Assembly (NCBI GenBank): GCA_001803415.1 | Contig: MHDC01000023.1 | Location: 1-58,122, forward strand | Source of the DNA: Microgenomates group bacterium RBG_16_45_19 | GTDB lineage: Bacteria; Patescibacteriota; Microgenomatia; UBA1400; RBG-16-45-19 | Reading direction: 5' to 3' | DNA length: 58,122 bases | Shown here: positions 38,222 through 47,084 of the stretch, in pieces | How positions within the stretch are numbered: the stretch's first letter is position 1 | How the letters are laid out: the number at the start of each line of letters is the position of its first letter | Notes under the pieces: generated by a model | Told to the model about the DNA's origin: nothing | Database searches by the model: none | What the model saw: the letters and a program-made list of their open reading frames with translations, nothing else | Made by a program: the position numbers and the translations under genes

Positions 38222-39148
38222 CAGTTGGTGGACTTGGCCCTTACCTTGAACAGAAGGCTGGTTAGTGGCCAGATCGATAGTGACGGCGGTTTGTTCATCA
38301 ATCCCCCAAATTAAATGGTTGACCGGGAGTAATTTTTGGAGTTTAAGATAGCGACGGCGGCCCATGAAACAATAGGAGGTATCGGTTTTCCTCCCACCTT
38401 CAGTATTATTAAGATGGGGAATGACGGTTAATTCTTTAAACAGATGGTTAAAACCATTTAAACCGGTTTGCCAGTGGAGGAGAGAACCGACTTTATAGAT
38501 TTCATAGACCGGTAAAGCAAATTTAGAGAAAGCGATGGTGGCCGCTGAAGAGAGGGACAAACTAGCTTGACCAGTTTTAAGCCGTTGAACCAAGGCGCTA
38601 TACAGCAAGGTATTTTGGAGATGATTGACAGCATAAGTCGGACTACCAGGACCAGTAAAAATGTAATCGGCGGTGTAAAGAGGCTCAATTAATTGCGGTT
38701 GATTAGCTTGGTCACGATGATTGGCAAAGATGCTGGTAACTTGGGGGTGAAAGTTGGGGAGTTTGGCTAAAAAAAAGCGGCGAATCTCCCCGTAGACAGC
38801 TCGGACATTAGGTTGAAAGCCGGCCGGGGTCGAAATTAAGACAATTTTAACCGAGGATTTGCCTAATAAAGTGAGGGCATGCTCATGTATCTGGCGGCCG
38901 ACGGAGGAAATTTCACCTGAACCAAAGAGAGTTAAGGTGGCAGTTTTAATCATCGAGGCGGCAGACTTAAGACTAGAACCAGTTGGCGTGTCTTGAATTT
39001 GATATCCTAAAGCCTCGATTTTTAGCCGGAGCCGATCAGCTTGACGGAAAGCTTTTTGCCAGCGGTAAGTTTGGCGAAGCTGAGCTAAGCGTTGAATTTC
39101 AGGCGGAAACTGGCTGACAGGAGACGTAACGTGACGACTAGACTTCAT
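38162..39148 (-). CDS. CysRS C-terminal-like domain fused to a peptidase S51/cyanophycinase-like domain
   Basis: N-terminus RQ..RWQKAFRQADRLRLKIEALGYQIQDTPTG; then GSGE, FTGPGSP, SSAA, VIPH, GIDEQTA. Confidence 0.75.
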   Translation of the reverse strand: MKSSRHVTSPVSQFPPEIQRLAQLRQTYRWQKAFRQADRLRLKIEALGYQIQDTPTGSSLKSAASMIKTATLTLFGSGEISSVGRQIHEHALTLLGKSSVKIVLISTPAGFQPNVRAVYGEIRRFFLAKLPNFHPQVTSIFANHRDQANQPQLIEPLYTADYIFTGPGSPTYAVNHLQNTLLYSALVQRLKTGQASLSLSSAATIAFSKFALPVYEIYKVGSLLHWQTGLNGFNHLFKELTVIPHLNNTEGGRKTDTSYCFMGRRRYLKLQKLLPVNHLIWGIDEQTAVTIDLATNQPSVQGKGQVHQLSPHPVKNKQDHQNPNHHRD

Positions 39149-39160
39149 GAACTACGAGGC

Positions 39161-40099
39161 TTACTCGGTCAATTTAGCGTAACGGGAGACAATCCAACCC
39201 TGTTTGCCGGACTCGAATTCAATTTTGTACCAACCGGTACCCGAGGATTCCAGGTAGGGGAACTTATCCCCAACATCAACCTGAGCCACTTCATTGTCGC
39301 CAACCTCCGGTTCAGAGCGGACCCGAAGCCAGCCAGTGCCGGTTTCGGTGATGGTAACGTAGGGTGGTTCCAACTCACCGGCGGCGGCAGCTTTTTTGGT
39401 GGGAGTCGGGGTAAGGGTCCCGGTCACTTTGGGGGTAGGTGAGGTTTTGGGAGCAGGGGTTAGTTTGGCGCCAGCGGTGGCATCTAATTGAGCCGAGGGC
39501 GTGGCTTGATCGAGGACAGCCCCTTCGGTTAATTCGGTCGCCCGGGCCAGTTGCGCGGTGGCGATCAGTTTATAGCCGTTTTTGGTTTGGGCTTTAATGG
39601 TTAATTCTTGATAGCCGGGGGCGGTTAAAGTTAAGACATGATCACCTTCGGTGACGTTTTCCAGGTGAAGGGGGCTGAAACCTTCCGGCCGACCATCAAC
39701 TTTGACAATGACGTTTTCGGGAGTGGAGGCCACATCCAATTGACCGGAGTCTTTTTGGTTGATGGCTTCCAGGGCTAAGAGATAATGCGAGGAGTCATCG
39801 CTGGTAGCCCCGAACTGGCGGGCCAAGACGGTGACGATTGAAGGGGCCAAGGTAACGTCGGTCTGCCAATCCTTAGTCGGGTCGCCGTCGACCAAGAGGC
39901 GAACAGCGTAGGTGCCTGGTTTTAATTTGTCATCGTAATAGGGAGTCTGACCGACCAGCGAGCCATCCAGATAGACACCGGCGGGAGGGGTGCTGTTGAC
40001 TTGAAGGGCTGACTGCTTTTTGGTGAGGAAAGGCAGTTGGCTGCAGCCGGCTAAGAAGAAACTGAAAAACAGGCCGATTAAGAGAAGATGGGGTTTCAT
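39161..40099 (-). CDS. Exported PEGA-domain protein with C-terminal SH3b domain
   Basis: Lipoprotein-like LAGC; two PEGA repeats (VNSTPPAGVYLDG, VASTPENVIVKVDG); WLRVRSEP...WYKI...GWI. Confidence 0.85.
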   Translation of the reverse strand: MKPHLLLIGLFFSFFLAGCSQLPFLTKKQSALQVNSTPPAGVYLDGSLVGQTPYYDDKLKPGTYAVRLLVDGDPTKDWQTDVTLAPSIVTVLARQFGATSDDSSHYLLALEAINQKDSGQLDVASTPENVIVKVDGRPEGFSPLHLENVTEGDHVLTLTAPGYQELTIKAQTKNGYKLIATAQLARATELTEGAVLDQATPSAQLDATAGAKLTPAPKTSPTPKVTGTLTPTPTKKAAAAGELEPPYVTITETGTGWLRVRSEPEVGDNEVAQVDVGDKFPYLESSGTGWYKIEFESGKQGWIVSRYAKLTE

Positions 40100-40106
40100 C
40101 GGGCAA

Positions 40107-40135
40107 ATCATAGCAGATGAAATCGGACTTGACAA
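40107..40135 (-). promoter_or_regulatory. Sigma70-type promoter of the PEGA-SH3 gene
   Basis: Minus strand TTGTCA, 17 bp, TG-n-TATGAT; 7 nt before ATG 40099. Confidence 0.65.
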
Positions 40136-40160
40136 ATAGCAGGCCAGAAACTAAGGCAGG

Positions 40161-41009
40161 TCATGACTGCCGGGCCGTTTTGGGACCCAGTAAAAAGGCA
40201 CCGACTAGACAGGGATTATCTTTAACTTGAGAGAGGGCTAGCGGTGGCGGAGTGACCAATTCTTGATATTGAGTTAGGGATTGAGAGACCCGATCGATTA
40301 AAAAAGGTCGGTTTTCGATGAGGCCACCAGAACAAGAAACCACCTCAGGGGCTAAAAAAACAATCAGATTATAGATGGCCATGGTGAGGTAGTGAGTCAC
40401 TTGATCCCAAATGCGGTGATCATCGGGGACAGTCGATAAGGGTTGATTAAGTTGGGCCTCAAGCTGGAGGCTGGAAACATAGGCAGCGGTTAAGCCCTTG
40501 ATTTGGTAGTGAGTATGAGACATACCACCGGGATGAATAATGGTCCATTCTGGCTCCAAGGGGACATCATAAAAACCAGCCTCGTCACGCCGGAGGTAAG
40601 CGCCACCCAGACCGGTGCCGATAATCAAATGGAGGAGTGAGGTTTTATCCCGGCCTAAACCATAGGTCATTTCGGCGGTGGCGGCGCAGACGGCATCGTT
40701 TTTGATAAAAATGGGCACGGAAAAGTGGGCGGCTAAATCAGTCTTAAAGTCGTGACCGAGGTAATCGGGTAAGTTAGCTTTAAGGACAGGAATCCCTGAG
40801 GAAGACAGTTTTAAGGCCAGAGAAATACCGATCTGAGTTAATGGTTGATCTTTGACAATGGCGGTGATAGCTGGCTGCAATTGATCCAGGGCAGCAGCAT
40901 ATTTTTTAGGGGTGGCGTAGGTAGCACTGGACAATTTTTTAGCCGGATCAGGTTGGGAAAAAGTGGCGACGGTGGTTTTGGAACCACCGATATCGACAGC
41001 AACGTACAT
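40161..41009 (-). CDS. ROK-family sugar kinase-like protein
   Basis: VAVDIGGSK, IKNDA, IIGTGLGGA, SGG. Confidence 0.85.
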   Translation of the reverse strand: MYVAVDIGGSKTTVATFSQPDPAKKLSSATYATPKKYAAALDQLQPAITAIVKDQPLTQIGISLALKLSSSGIPVLKANLPDYLGHDFKTDLAAHFSVPIFIKNDAVCAATAEMTYGLGRDKTSLLHLIIGTGLGGAYLRRDEAGFYDVPLEPEWTIIHPGGMSHTHYQIKGLTAAYVSSLQLEAQLNQPLSTVPDDHRIWDQVTHYLTMAIYNLIVFLAPEVVSCSGGLIENRPFLIDRVSQSLTQYQELVTPPPLALSQVKDNPCLVGAFLLGPKTARQS

Positions 41010-41035
41010 ACGAGATTAGTGTAGCACGAAGGGCT

Positions 41036-42940
41036 TTAGGGAGCGGAAAGAGTGGCGTAGAGAGCGGTAAGTTGCTGGCTCATGAGGCGGTGGATTTGAG
41101 GAGTGATGACTTTTTTAGCCAAGAGGGTATCCAGAGCACTGGTTTGGCGAGAGAGAATTAGCAACCCGGTAGTCCGTGACAGACGGTACATGGTCTCAAT
41201 TTTGTTGATCACGACCTGGAAAACGTTGTGGGCGCTCCAAGTCAGCCAACGATCACGATAAAGGGCATTGATCAGCTGCTTGAAACTGGCAAAAGTGACC
41301 GGTTGAGTCAAGTTAGTATCGCCAGCAGTTTGGTTAAAATAAGTCAGGGTATAGAGGTGAGGTAAAGTATCAGGTAGGTAGACTTCCTCTTTAAACAACT
41401 TGAAGTTTCCTTCCTGGTCATAAGCGTAAACTTCAAAGTGATACCAACCGGGTTGAGGTGCGGTTAGTTCTAGAATATAGGCACCGGCCTGAGGATATTT
41501 AACTGAGAGTGACCAGAAAGGATCAGCAACCGAGTCGGTTTCATCCAGCCGATTGGCCAAGGGGTATTCCAGGTCGAAGGTGGAGAGGGGAATGGCCTCA
41601 ACCAGATCGCTACCAGCGTGACCAGTAGTTTGATCAGCGGGATCAGTCAGACGGATTTTGAGAGCGTCGTCGGCGTGGAGGTAAAGGAAACTCAAATCGG
41701 AGTTAGTGGGGTAGTAATGGCCGACGCGAGTCAAAACTTCGGGAGGAAGGTTAAAGAGGGTTTTGGATTCATCCCAAGGATCGTTGATCGCGTATTGACG
41801 CACAGGTGACTCAGCTTCTTGACTATGAGCGACCACAAAATGAGTGTTGCTGGCTAAGCGCTGGCGGAAGATAAGCGGCTGGTGGTCAACCTCCAGGAGA
41901 TCATGGATCCGACTAGTGTTACTGGCGGCAATGACTTCGTATTCCAATTTGGGATAGCCGGGATCCAGATCGTGCAGCTGTCGGGCAATCCGGGTTAAAG
42001 CGCTCCAGTTAACGATACCGCTGCGCCACCAACCATCAGTGTTCTGGGGTAAGTTGAGCCATTGGTTGAGAGAACCGGGATTAAGATCGACTAAATTGGC
42101 GCCAAAGGGAAGTTTATCAATTCCATAATAACGCAAAACCATGACGGCGCTGGAGAGAGCACAGCCAACCTGACTAATGGTGCGGTTTAGATTGTCATAC
42201 TGGTCACCGCCCCATTGGGGATTATGTTGGCTGTAGTAAGGGACGGTTGGTAAAGGAGTTGGGGTCGGCTCCGGTTCCGAAAGGTCGTAAACCTTGATGT
42301 TGTCAAAATATACCCCTGAGGGTATTACACTACCTGCTCCAACCCGCACTCCAATACTGCCAGATAAATAAGGACTATTATTATCAACAAATTCCAGTAG
42401 CTTAGTAAAATCGCTGTCACTTTCTGTCTTAATGAAAACTGTAATTTTGTTTCCGACTAACTCGATCCTCCATCTATAAGTAACATTGTTTTGGAAATTA
42501 TATGTTGTCGTTGGCGGTGAATTTAACACACCGTAAGCTTTCCCAAGATACACACCATTTCCACTTACATGAACTTCATAAAACTTATCAAGTAAGGAAG
42601 AATTTGTATCTTTTATATAGCGAAAGGGTATATTTTTATCTGCTCCTGAAACTGCGACCATATCTAATTCATACGCGTAGTCTGACCAATTCTCTGAACC
42701 GCTCACGGAATTCCCAGTTTGTCCTACTTGATTAACAATCATTCCATATGCGTTATTTACAATTGCCCAATTCCCGGTTGTATCTGCCCCATTGAAATGT
42801 CTTGGAGTCCACACATTATCGAAGCCATTATCAAAATCTTCTGAATACAATTCATCACCGTAAGCTGCGTATGCTATAGAATTACTTCTTAAGAGAGCCA
42901 ATAACGTACAAGCAAATATTAGGGAAGATATTTTAAGCAT
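41036..42940 (-). CDS. Secreted protein: lectin/DUF1080-like beta-sandwich plus C39-like cysteine peptidase
   Basis: Signal peptide; WSDY...FDNIKV domain; PEPTPTP linker; YSQHNPQW, GCALSS, HFVV, INDP. Confidence 0.75.
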   Translation of the reverse strand: MLKISSLIFACTLLALLRSNSIAYAAYGDELYSEDFDNGFDNVWTPRHFNGADTTGNWAIVNNAYGMIVNQVGQTGNSVSGSENWSDYAYELDMVAVSGADKNIPFRYIKDTNSSLLDKFYEVHVSGNGVYLGKAYGVLNSPPTTTYNFQNNVTYRWRIELVGNKITVFIKTESDSDFTKLLEFVDNNSPYLSGSIGVRVGAGSVIPSGVYFDNIKVYDLSEPEPTPTPLPTVPYYSQHNPQWGGDQYDNLNRTISQVGCALSSAVMVLRYYGIDKLPFGANLVDLNPGSLNQWLNLPQNTDGWWRSGIVNWSALTRIARQLHDLDPGYPKLEYEVIAASNTSRIHDLLEVDHQPLIFRQRLASNTHFVVAHSQEAESPVRQYAINDPWDESKTLFNLPPEVLTRVGHYYPTNSDLSFLYLHADDALKIRLTDPADQTTGHAGSDLVEAIPLSTFDLEYPLANRLDETDSVADPFWSLSVKYPQAGAYILELTAPQPGWYHFEVYAYDQEGNFKLFKEEVYLPDTLPHLYTLTYFNQTAGDTNLTQPVTFASFKQLINALYRDRWLTWSAHNVFQVVINKIETMYRLSRTTGLLILSRQTSALDTLLAKKVITPQIHRLMSQQLTALYATLSAP

Positions 42941-43012
42941 AATCCCTCATATAATGATTATTGATAGTAACATGTCATCATAATCTATGCTTTGTTGTCT
43001 ATAGCGTGTTAA

Positions 43013-43678
43013 ATGCCATATATGAGTAAAAATAATAATTCACCTCTAGAATGGGATGAAATACTAACAAATGAAAACTATTTAATGGAACGTGGTGGTA
43101 TTGTTGATATACGAATTGCACAAGCAAAGAAGTGGTGGAATTATAGAAAAAAAGTGGTCAATATTGGAAGTGGTCAAGGCTTTTTAGAAGATATTTTTAG
43201 GTCAGAAATATTAAAAAACGAGGTAAATTGGACAGCCGTTGATGTTTCAGTCAAGGGTCTCAAAAGAATAAAAAGAATTCATGACAAAGTTCGTATACAA
43301 ATTGGAAACATAACACATCTACAATTTCTTCCAAACCAGTTCGACTTAATATACTGCATGGAAGTTTTAGAACATTTAAACAAAAAGTCTGTGGCACTGG
43401 CTTATAAAGAATTAAATAGAATTGCTACACCGAAAGCTATCTATGTTATATCAGTTCCCGTATATGAGCCGCGCTCGCTAAAGAACCACCCTGTAGGACA
43501 TAATAGGAAATATACACCTGAAATTGTTAAGGATGAATTAGAGGAAAATGGATTTAAAATAATAGAATCAAAGTACTTTTACGCTTTTAGGAAATTAAAC
43601 TCAATTAAAACAATAATATGTCTTAATTATCATCTCCGAAGGCCTAATGTTGTAATGTTTTTATGTCAAAAATCCTAA
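43013..43678 (+). CDS. Class I SAM-dependent methyltransferase (AT-rich)
   Basis: NIGSGQG, FDLIYCMEVLEHL, ISVP, HNRKYT. Confidence 0.85.
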   Translation: MPYMSKNNNSPLEWDEILTNENYLMERGGIVDIRIAQAKKWWNYRKKVVNIGSGQGFLEDIFRSEILKNEVNWTAVDVSVKGLKRIKRIHDKVRIQIGNITHLQFLPNQFDLIYCMEVLEHLNKKSVALAYKELNRIATPKAIYVISVPVYEPRSLKNHPVGHNRKYTPEIVKDELEENGFKIIESKYFYAFRKLNSIKTIICLNYHLRRPNVVMFLCQKS

Positions 43679-44676
43679 TGCTTTGTCGGTGGTATGAGCC
43701 GCATATCGGGGGCGTGGAAAGACACGTTAAGGGTTTGGCGAGAGAGCTGCGTCGACGGAAGCACCAGCTGACTATCATCACCGAGCAATATCAAACAAAC
43801 CTACCGCTGGAAGCTAAGCTTGAGGGGGTGAAAGTATGGCGGATTCCCTACCCGGCTTTAAAGAGTAAACGGGGGGTCTGGCAGTGGCTAAAAGAGAGAC
43901 GGGAGTTGGTGGAAAAGGCGGACTTGGTACATATCCATGACGTTTTTTGGTGGTATGCACCAACTCGATTGAAGCTCAAGCAGAAGCCGGTATATATCAC
44001 CTTTCATGGTTATGAAGGCAGTCGGCCACCGCGCTGGCAAGCGGTGGTGCAGCGCAAAACAGCCGAGACCTGGTGCCGGGGGAGTATCTGTATCGGGGGG
44101 TTTATGAAAAAGTGGTACCTGGCTCGACCAGATATAATCCTCTACGGCGCAGCTGAAGTCAAGCCGGCACCATGGGTGAAAAGCCGATCAGCGGTGTATT
44201 TAGGCCGGTTGGATGAAGACGCAGGGATTTTGGAGTATATCAAGGCCATTCAAATAATAAAACCAGAAATCACTTTGGATGTTTACGGTGACGGTCCCCA
44301 GGCGGTGGAAGCGAGGCAAATGGTTAAACAACGGCGGTTACCGGTAGCGTTTCATGGCTGGAGCCACGAAGGAGACAAAGGGTGGCGAAAAACCCATTGG
44401 GCGATGGTGTCGCGTTATTTAGCGATCTTGGAAGCGATGCAAGCTAAAAGACTGGTGGTAGCGGTTTACAACAACCGGATAAAAAGAGATTATCTACTGT
44501 GCCACCCGCAGGCTAAAAATATGCTGATTGCCGGGGGGGCAGAGGCAATCGCCGAGCAGATGATGGCGCTAACGGCGGAGGCAGAAAGAGCCAAAATTAA
44601 CCAAGCCTATCGGTGGGCGAAAGGGCAAACTTGGTCACATTTGGCCGATAAGTATGAGCAGTTATGGAAACGATAG
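43663..44676 (+). CDS. GT4-family glycosyltransferase
   Basis: PHIGGVERHV, VHIHD, ITFHG, YLGRL, LDVYGDGP, ILEAMQ. Confidence 0.88.
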   Translation: MSKILMLCRWYEPHIGGVERHVKGLARELRRRKHQLTIITEQYQTNLPLEAKLEGVKVWRIPYPALKSKRGVWQWLKERRELVEKADLVHIHDVFWWYAPTRLKLKQKPVYITFHGYEGSRPPRWQAVVQRKTAETWCRGSICIGGFMKKWYLARPDIILYGAAEVKPAPWVKSRSAVYLGRLDEDAGILEYIKAIQIIKPEITLDVYGDGPQAVEARQMVKQRRLPVAFHGWSHEGDKGWRKTHWAMVSRYLAILEAMQAKRLVVAVYNNRIKRDYLLCHPQAKNMLIAGGAEAIAEQMMALTAEAERAKINQAYRWAKGQTWSHLADKYEQLWKR

Positions 44677-45560
44677 AGTTTTCGGTGATTACGACGGTGT
44701 TAAACGAAGCCAAGACGATTAAGGCTTTATTGGACTCTCTAGCTAAACAGACTTTAGCGCCGAAGGAAATCGTGATTACCGACGCCGGTTCGACCGACGG
44801 GACGATTACGATCATTAATCAATGGCGGGAGAGACATAAGGAGATACCGGTGAGGCTGGTGGGGGTTCCGACTGCCAACCGGTCACAAGGAAGGAATCGG
44901 GCCATCACCGAGGCGAAGCAGGAGTATCTGGCAGTGATTGATGCCGGCTGTACCGCCGAGTCCCACTGGTTGGCCAGATTGGCTAAGACCTACCAGGAAA
45001 CCGGAGCCGAAGCTGTGGCCGGCTTTTATTTAACCCGGCCGAAAAACATCTGGGAGAGAATTTTCTCCTTATATTTGGCGGTGCAACCAAAAGACTTTGA
45101 CCCCAAGACTTACCTACCCTCGTCCAGATCTTTGTCACTCACTAAAACTGCCTGGAAAAAAGCCGGGAAATATCCGGAAAAATTAAATACCTGCGAAGAT
45201 TTAGTCTTGGCTCAGCGACTGAAAGCCAAAACCAAAATGGTAGCCACGGCTAAAGCCTGCGTTTATTGGCAACTACCGCGGACCGGGAGTGAGTTTTTCA
45301 AGGCCATCGCCGGGTATGCTCAAGGGGACGTCGAGGCGCGGTACCGGCCTCACCTAATCAAAATGCTAACGGTTTACGGCCGATATTTAGTGTTTATAGT
45401 GGCTCCCTGGTTGTTTTTACTGTACTTACTCTACCCTCAGTTTAAATTTATCCGGGTGTTACCCCTGCCGGATTTATGCCTGACTTCGGTGGTGCAAATT
45501 ATGGCCGACGTAGCAGTGATGTGGGGTGGTATCAAAGGTGGTTTAAGCCAAAATAGATGA
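44664..45560 (+). CDS. GT2-family glycosyltransferase
   Basis: SVITTVLNE, DAGSTDGT, IDAG, CED, C-terminal TMs. Confidence 0.9.
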   Translation: METIEFSVITTVLNEAKTIKALLDSLAKQTLAPKEIVITDAGSTDGTITIINQWRERHKEIPVRLVGVPTANRSQGRNRAITEAKQEYLAVIDAGCTAESHWLARLAKTYQETGAEAVAGFYLTRPKNIWERIFSLYLAVQPKDFDPKTYLPSSRSLSLTKTAWKKAGKYPEKLNTCEDLVLAQRLKAKTKMVATAKACVYWQLPRTGSEFFKAIAGYAQGDVEARYRPHLIKMLTVYGRYLVFIVAPWLFLLYLLYPQFKFIRVLPLPDLCLTSVVQIMADVAVMWGGIKGGLSQNR

Positions 45561-45607
45561 ATCGATCTGCTATAGTGAGGATAATTAGTAAAATATGAGG
45601 GAGGTGT

Positions 45608-46039
45608 ATGGCAAAAGAAAAGACCACCCAAGAAACAGGCTTGATTTTGGTAATCACTTTTGGCGTTTTGTGGATGGTTAACAGTCTGGTGTTGTATTTG
45701 GCGCACCGATTATTTCCCAGCTACATTGTGCTGGGGACGGCCAATCTCCCGATGTGGTGGGCGGTGTTAGACAGCATGGCGGTGCTGGCGTTACTAAACA
45801 CATTTACCATCCCGTTTGTCCGTCAAACCGAAGCCAAACGCGGCCAGATGTTTTCGAATAAAGAGTGGATGGTTTTGTATTTGGGGCTTAATTTCGTGGG
45901 GATTTGGGTGATTGCCCGGTTGGCAGAATTTATTGGTCTGGGGATCAGTTCCTGGATGGTAGCCTTAGTTTTGGCCGTCGTCTTGGACGGAGTGCAAGGA
46001 GTGGTGATGATGCAGTTGGAGAAAGCCAGGAAGAAATAG
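45608..46039 (+). CDS. Hypothetical 4-TM membrane protein
   Basis: Strong SD GGAGGTG; four hydrophobic segments. Confidence 0.7.
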   Translation: MAKEKTTQETGLILVITFGVLWMVNSLVLYLAHRLFPSYIVLGTANLPMWWAVLDSMAVLALLNTFTIPFVRQTEAKRGQMFSNKEWMVLYLGLNFVGIWVIARLAEFIGLGISSWMVALVLAVVLDGVQGVVMMQLEKARKK

Positions 46040-46040
46040 T

Positions 46041-46090
46041 TATCTTCCAAGATCTTCTAATTTCTTCCAATATCTTCCAATATCTTCTAA
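46041..46090 (+). repeat. Five tandem 10-bp units upstream of a Fic gene
   Basis: tatcttccaa gatcttctaa tttcttccaa tatcttccaa tatcttctaa. Confidence 0.9.
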
Positions 46091-46109
46091 AATAGATTAT
46101 AACGGAGAG

Positions 46110-47084
46110 GTGAAATACCATTACCGGTTGACTGCCTCAATTTTGGAAATGATCCAGCACCTGATAATTATCCGGGAAGCGATCGGTTTGGCCGCACCGG
46201 CAGAGGCAAGAGTAACCGAGATCCGACGCAGGTCATTGTTGAAAAGTGCTTTATATTCGGCCAAGATCGAAGGTAATCCGTTGACGGAGACAAGTGTTTT
46301 GACCGATAAGTCAAAACATAAATTAGAGGTGCAACAATTACTAGCCGCGTATGAGTGGGGGTTTAAACAGACAAGACCATTGACTGTGGGAATGATCAAA
46401 GAACTACACCGGATCAGTATGGCTAATTTGGACGAAACGCCAGGAAAGTTCAGGCAAGCACAGACAGCTATTTTTAACCAAGCCGGGGTGGCGGTTTATC
46501 TACCGCCGCCGGCGATGGAAATTAAAACCCGGATGGATGAGTTGGTTAAATGGCTAGATAAAGCTGGTGACCCGGTGCCAATTAAGGCGGTGGTATCCCA
46601 CTTCTGGTTTGAAAAAATCCACCCATTCAGCGATGGTAATGGTCGAGTCGGGAGAGTGATGGTGACATATATATTACATCTGGGAAATTTAGGGTTTGGG
46701 GGAATGCTTAATTTTGAGGAAGTCTTGGCTGACAGGCGAGAGGAATACTATGCCCTCCTAAATGAGAAAGGTAAAGAGATAACTTTGTTTATAAAATTCA
46801 TGCTGGAAAGTTTGGTGAAGGCGGCCGATAAATTAATGGTGGAGTTAAAAATTAAGGGAAAGCGTGGACCGGATGCGACCCTGCTACCGAGACAAAGAGA
46901 GATTTATTGGTTGATTAAAGATCATGAGGAAGTCAGTTTTGATTTTGTCAAACGACGGTTTCTAGCCGTACCGTCGAGCACAATCCATTATGATTTGGGG
47001 CAATTAATCAAAAAGGGCTTAGTCGATAAAATGGGGCAGACCCGGGGGGTCAGGTACCGGATACGGGAGCCGAGAGGGCTTTGA
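46110..47084 (+). CDS. Fic-family protein with C-terminal winged HTH
   Basis: SAKIEGN inhibitory motif, HPFSDGNGRVGR, C-terminal DLGQLIKKGLV...GQTRGVRY. Confidence 0.92.
   Translation: MKYHYRLTASILEMIQHLIIIREAIGLAAPAEARVTEIRRRSLLKSALYSAKIEGNPLTETSVLTDKSKHKLEVQQLLAAYEWGFKQTRPLTVGMIKELHRISMANLDETPGKFRQAQTAIFNQAGVAVYLPPPAMEIKTRMDELVKWLDKAGDPVPIKAVVSHFWFEKIHPFSDGNGRVGRVMVTYILHLGNLGFGGMLNFEEVLADRREEYYALLNEKGKEITLFIKFMLESLVKAADKLMVELKIKGKRGPDATLLPRQREIYWLIKDHEEVSFDFVKRRFLAVPSSTIHYDLGQLIKKGLVDKMGQTRGVRYRIREPRGL

Noticed and set aside
46041-46090. Possible CRISPR array
   Set aside because: Units are contiguous 10-mers with no spacers, and there are no cas genes; no repeat-spacer pattern was seen anywhere in the window.
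47039-47051. GACCC-GGG-GGGTC palindrome
   Set aside because: Encodes the wHTH wing QTRGVR and differs from the CACCCC family; likely chance.
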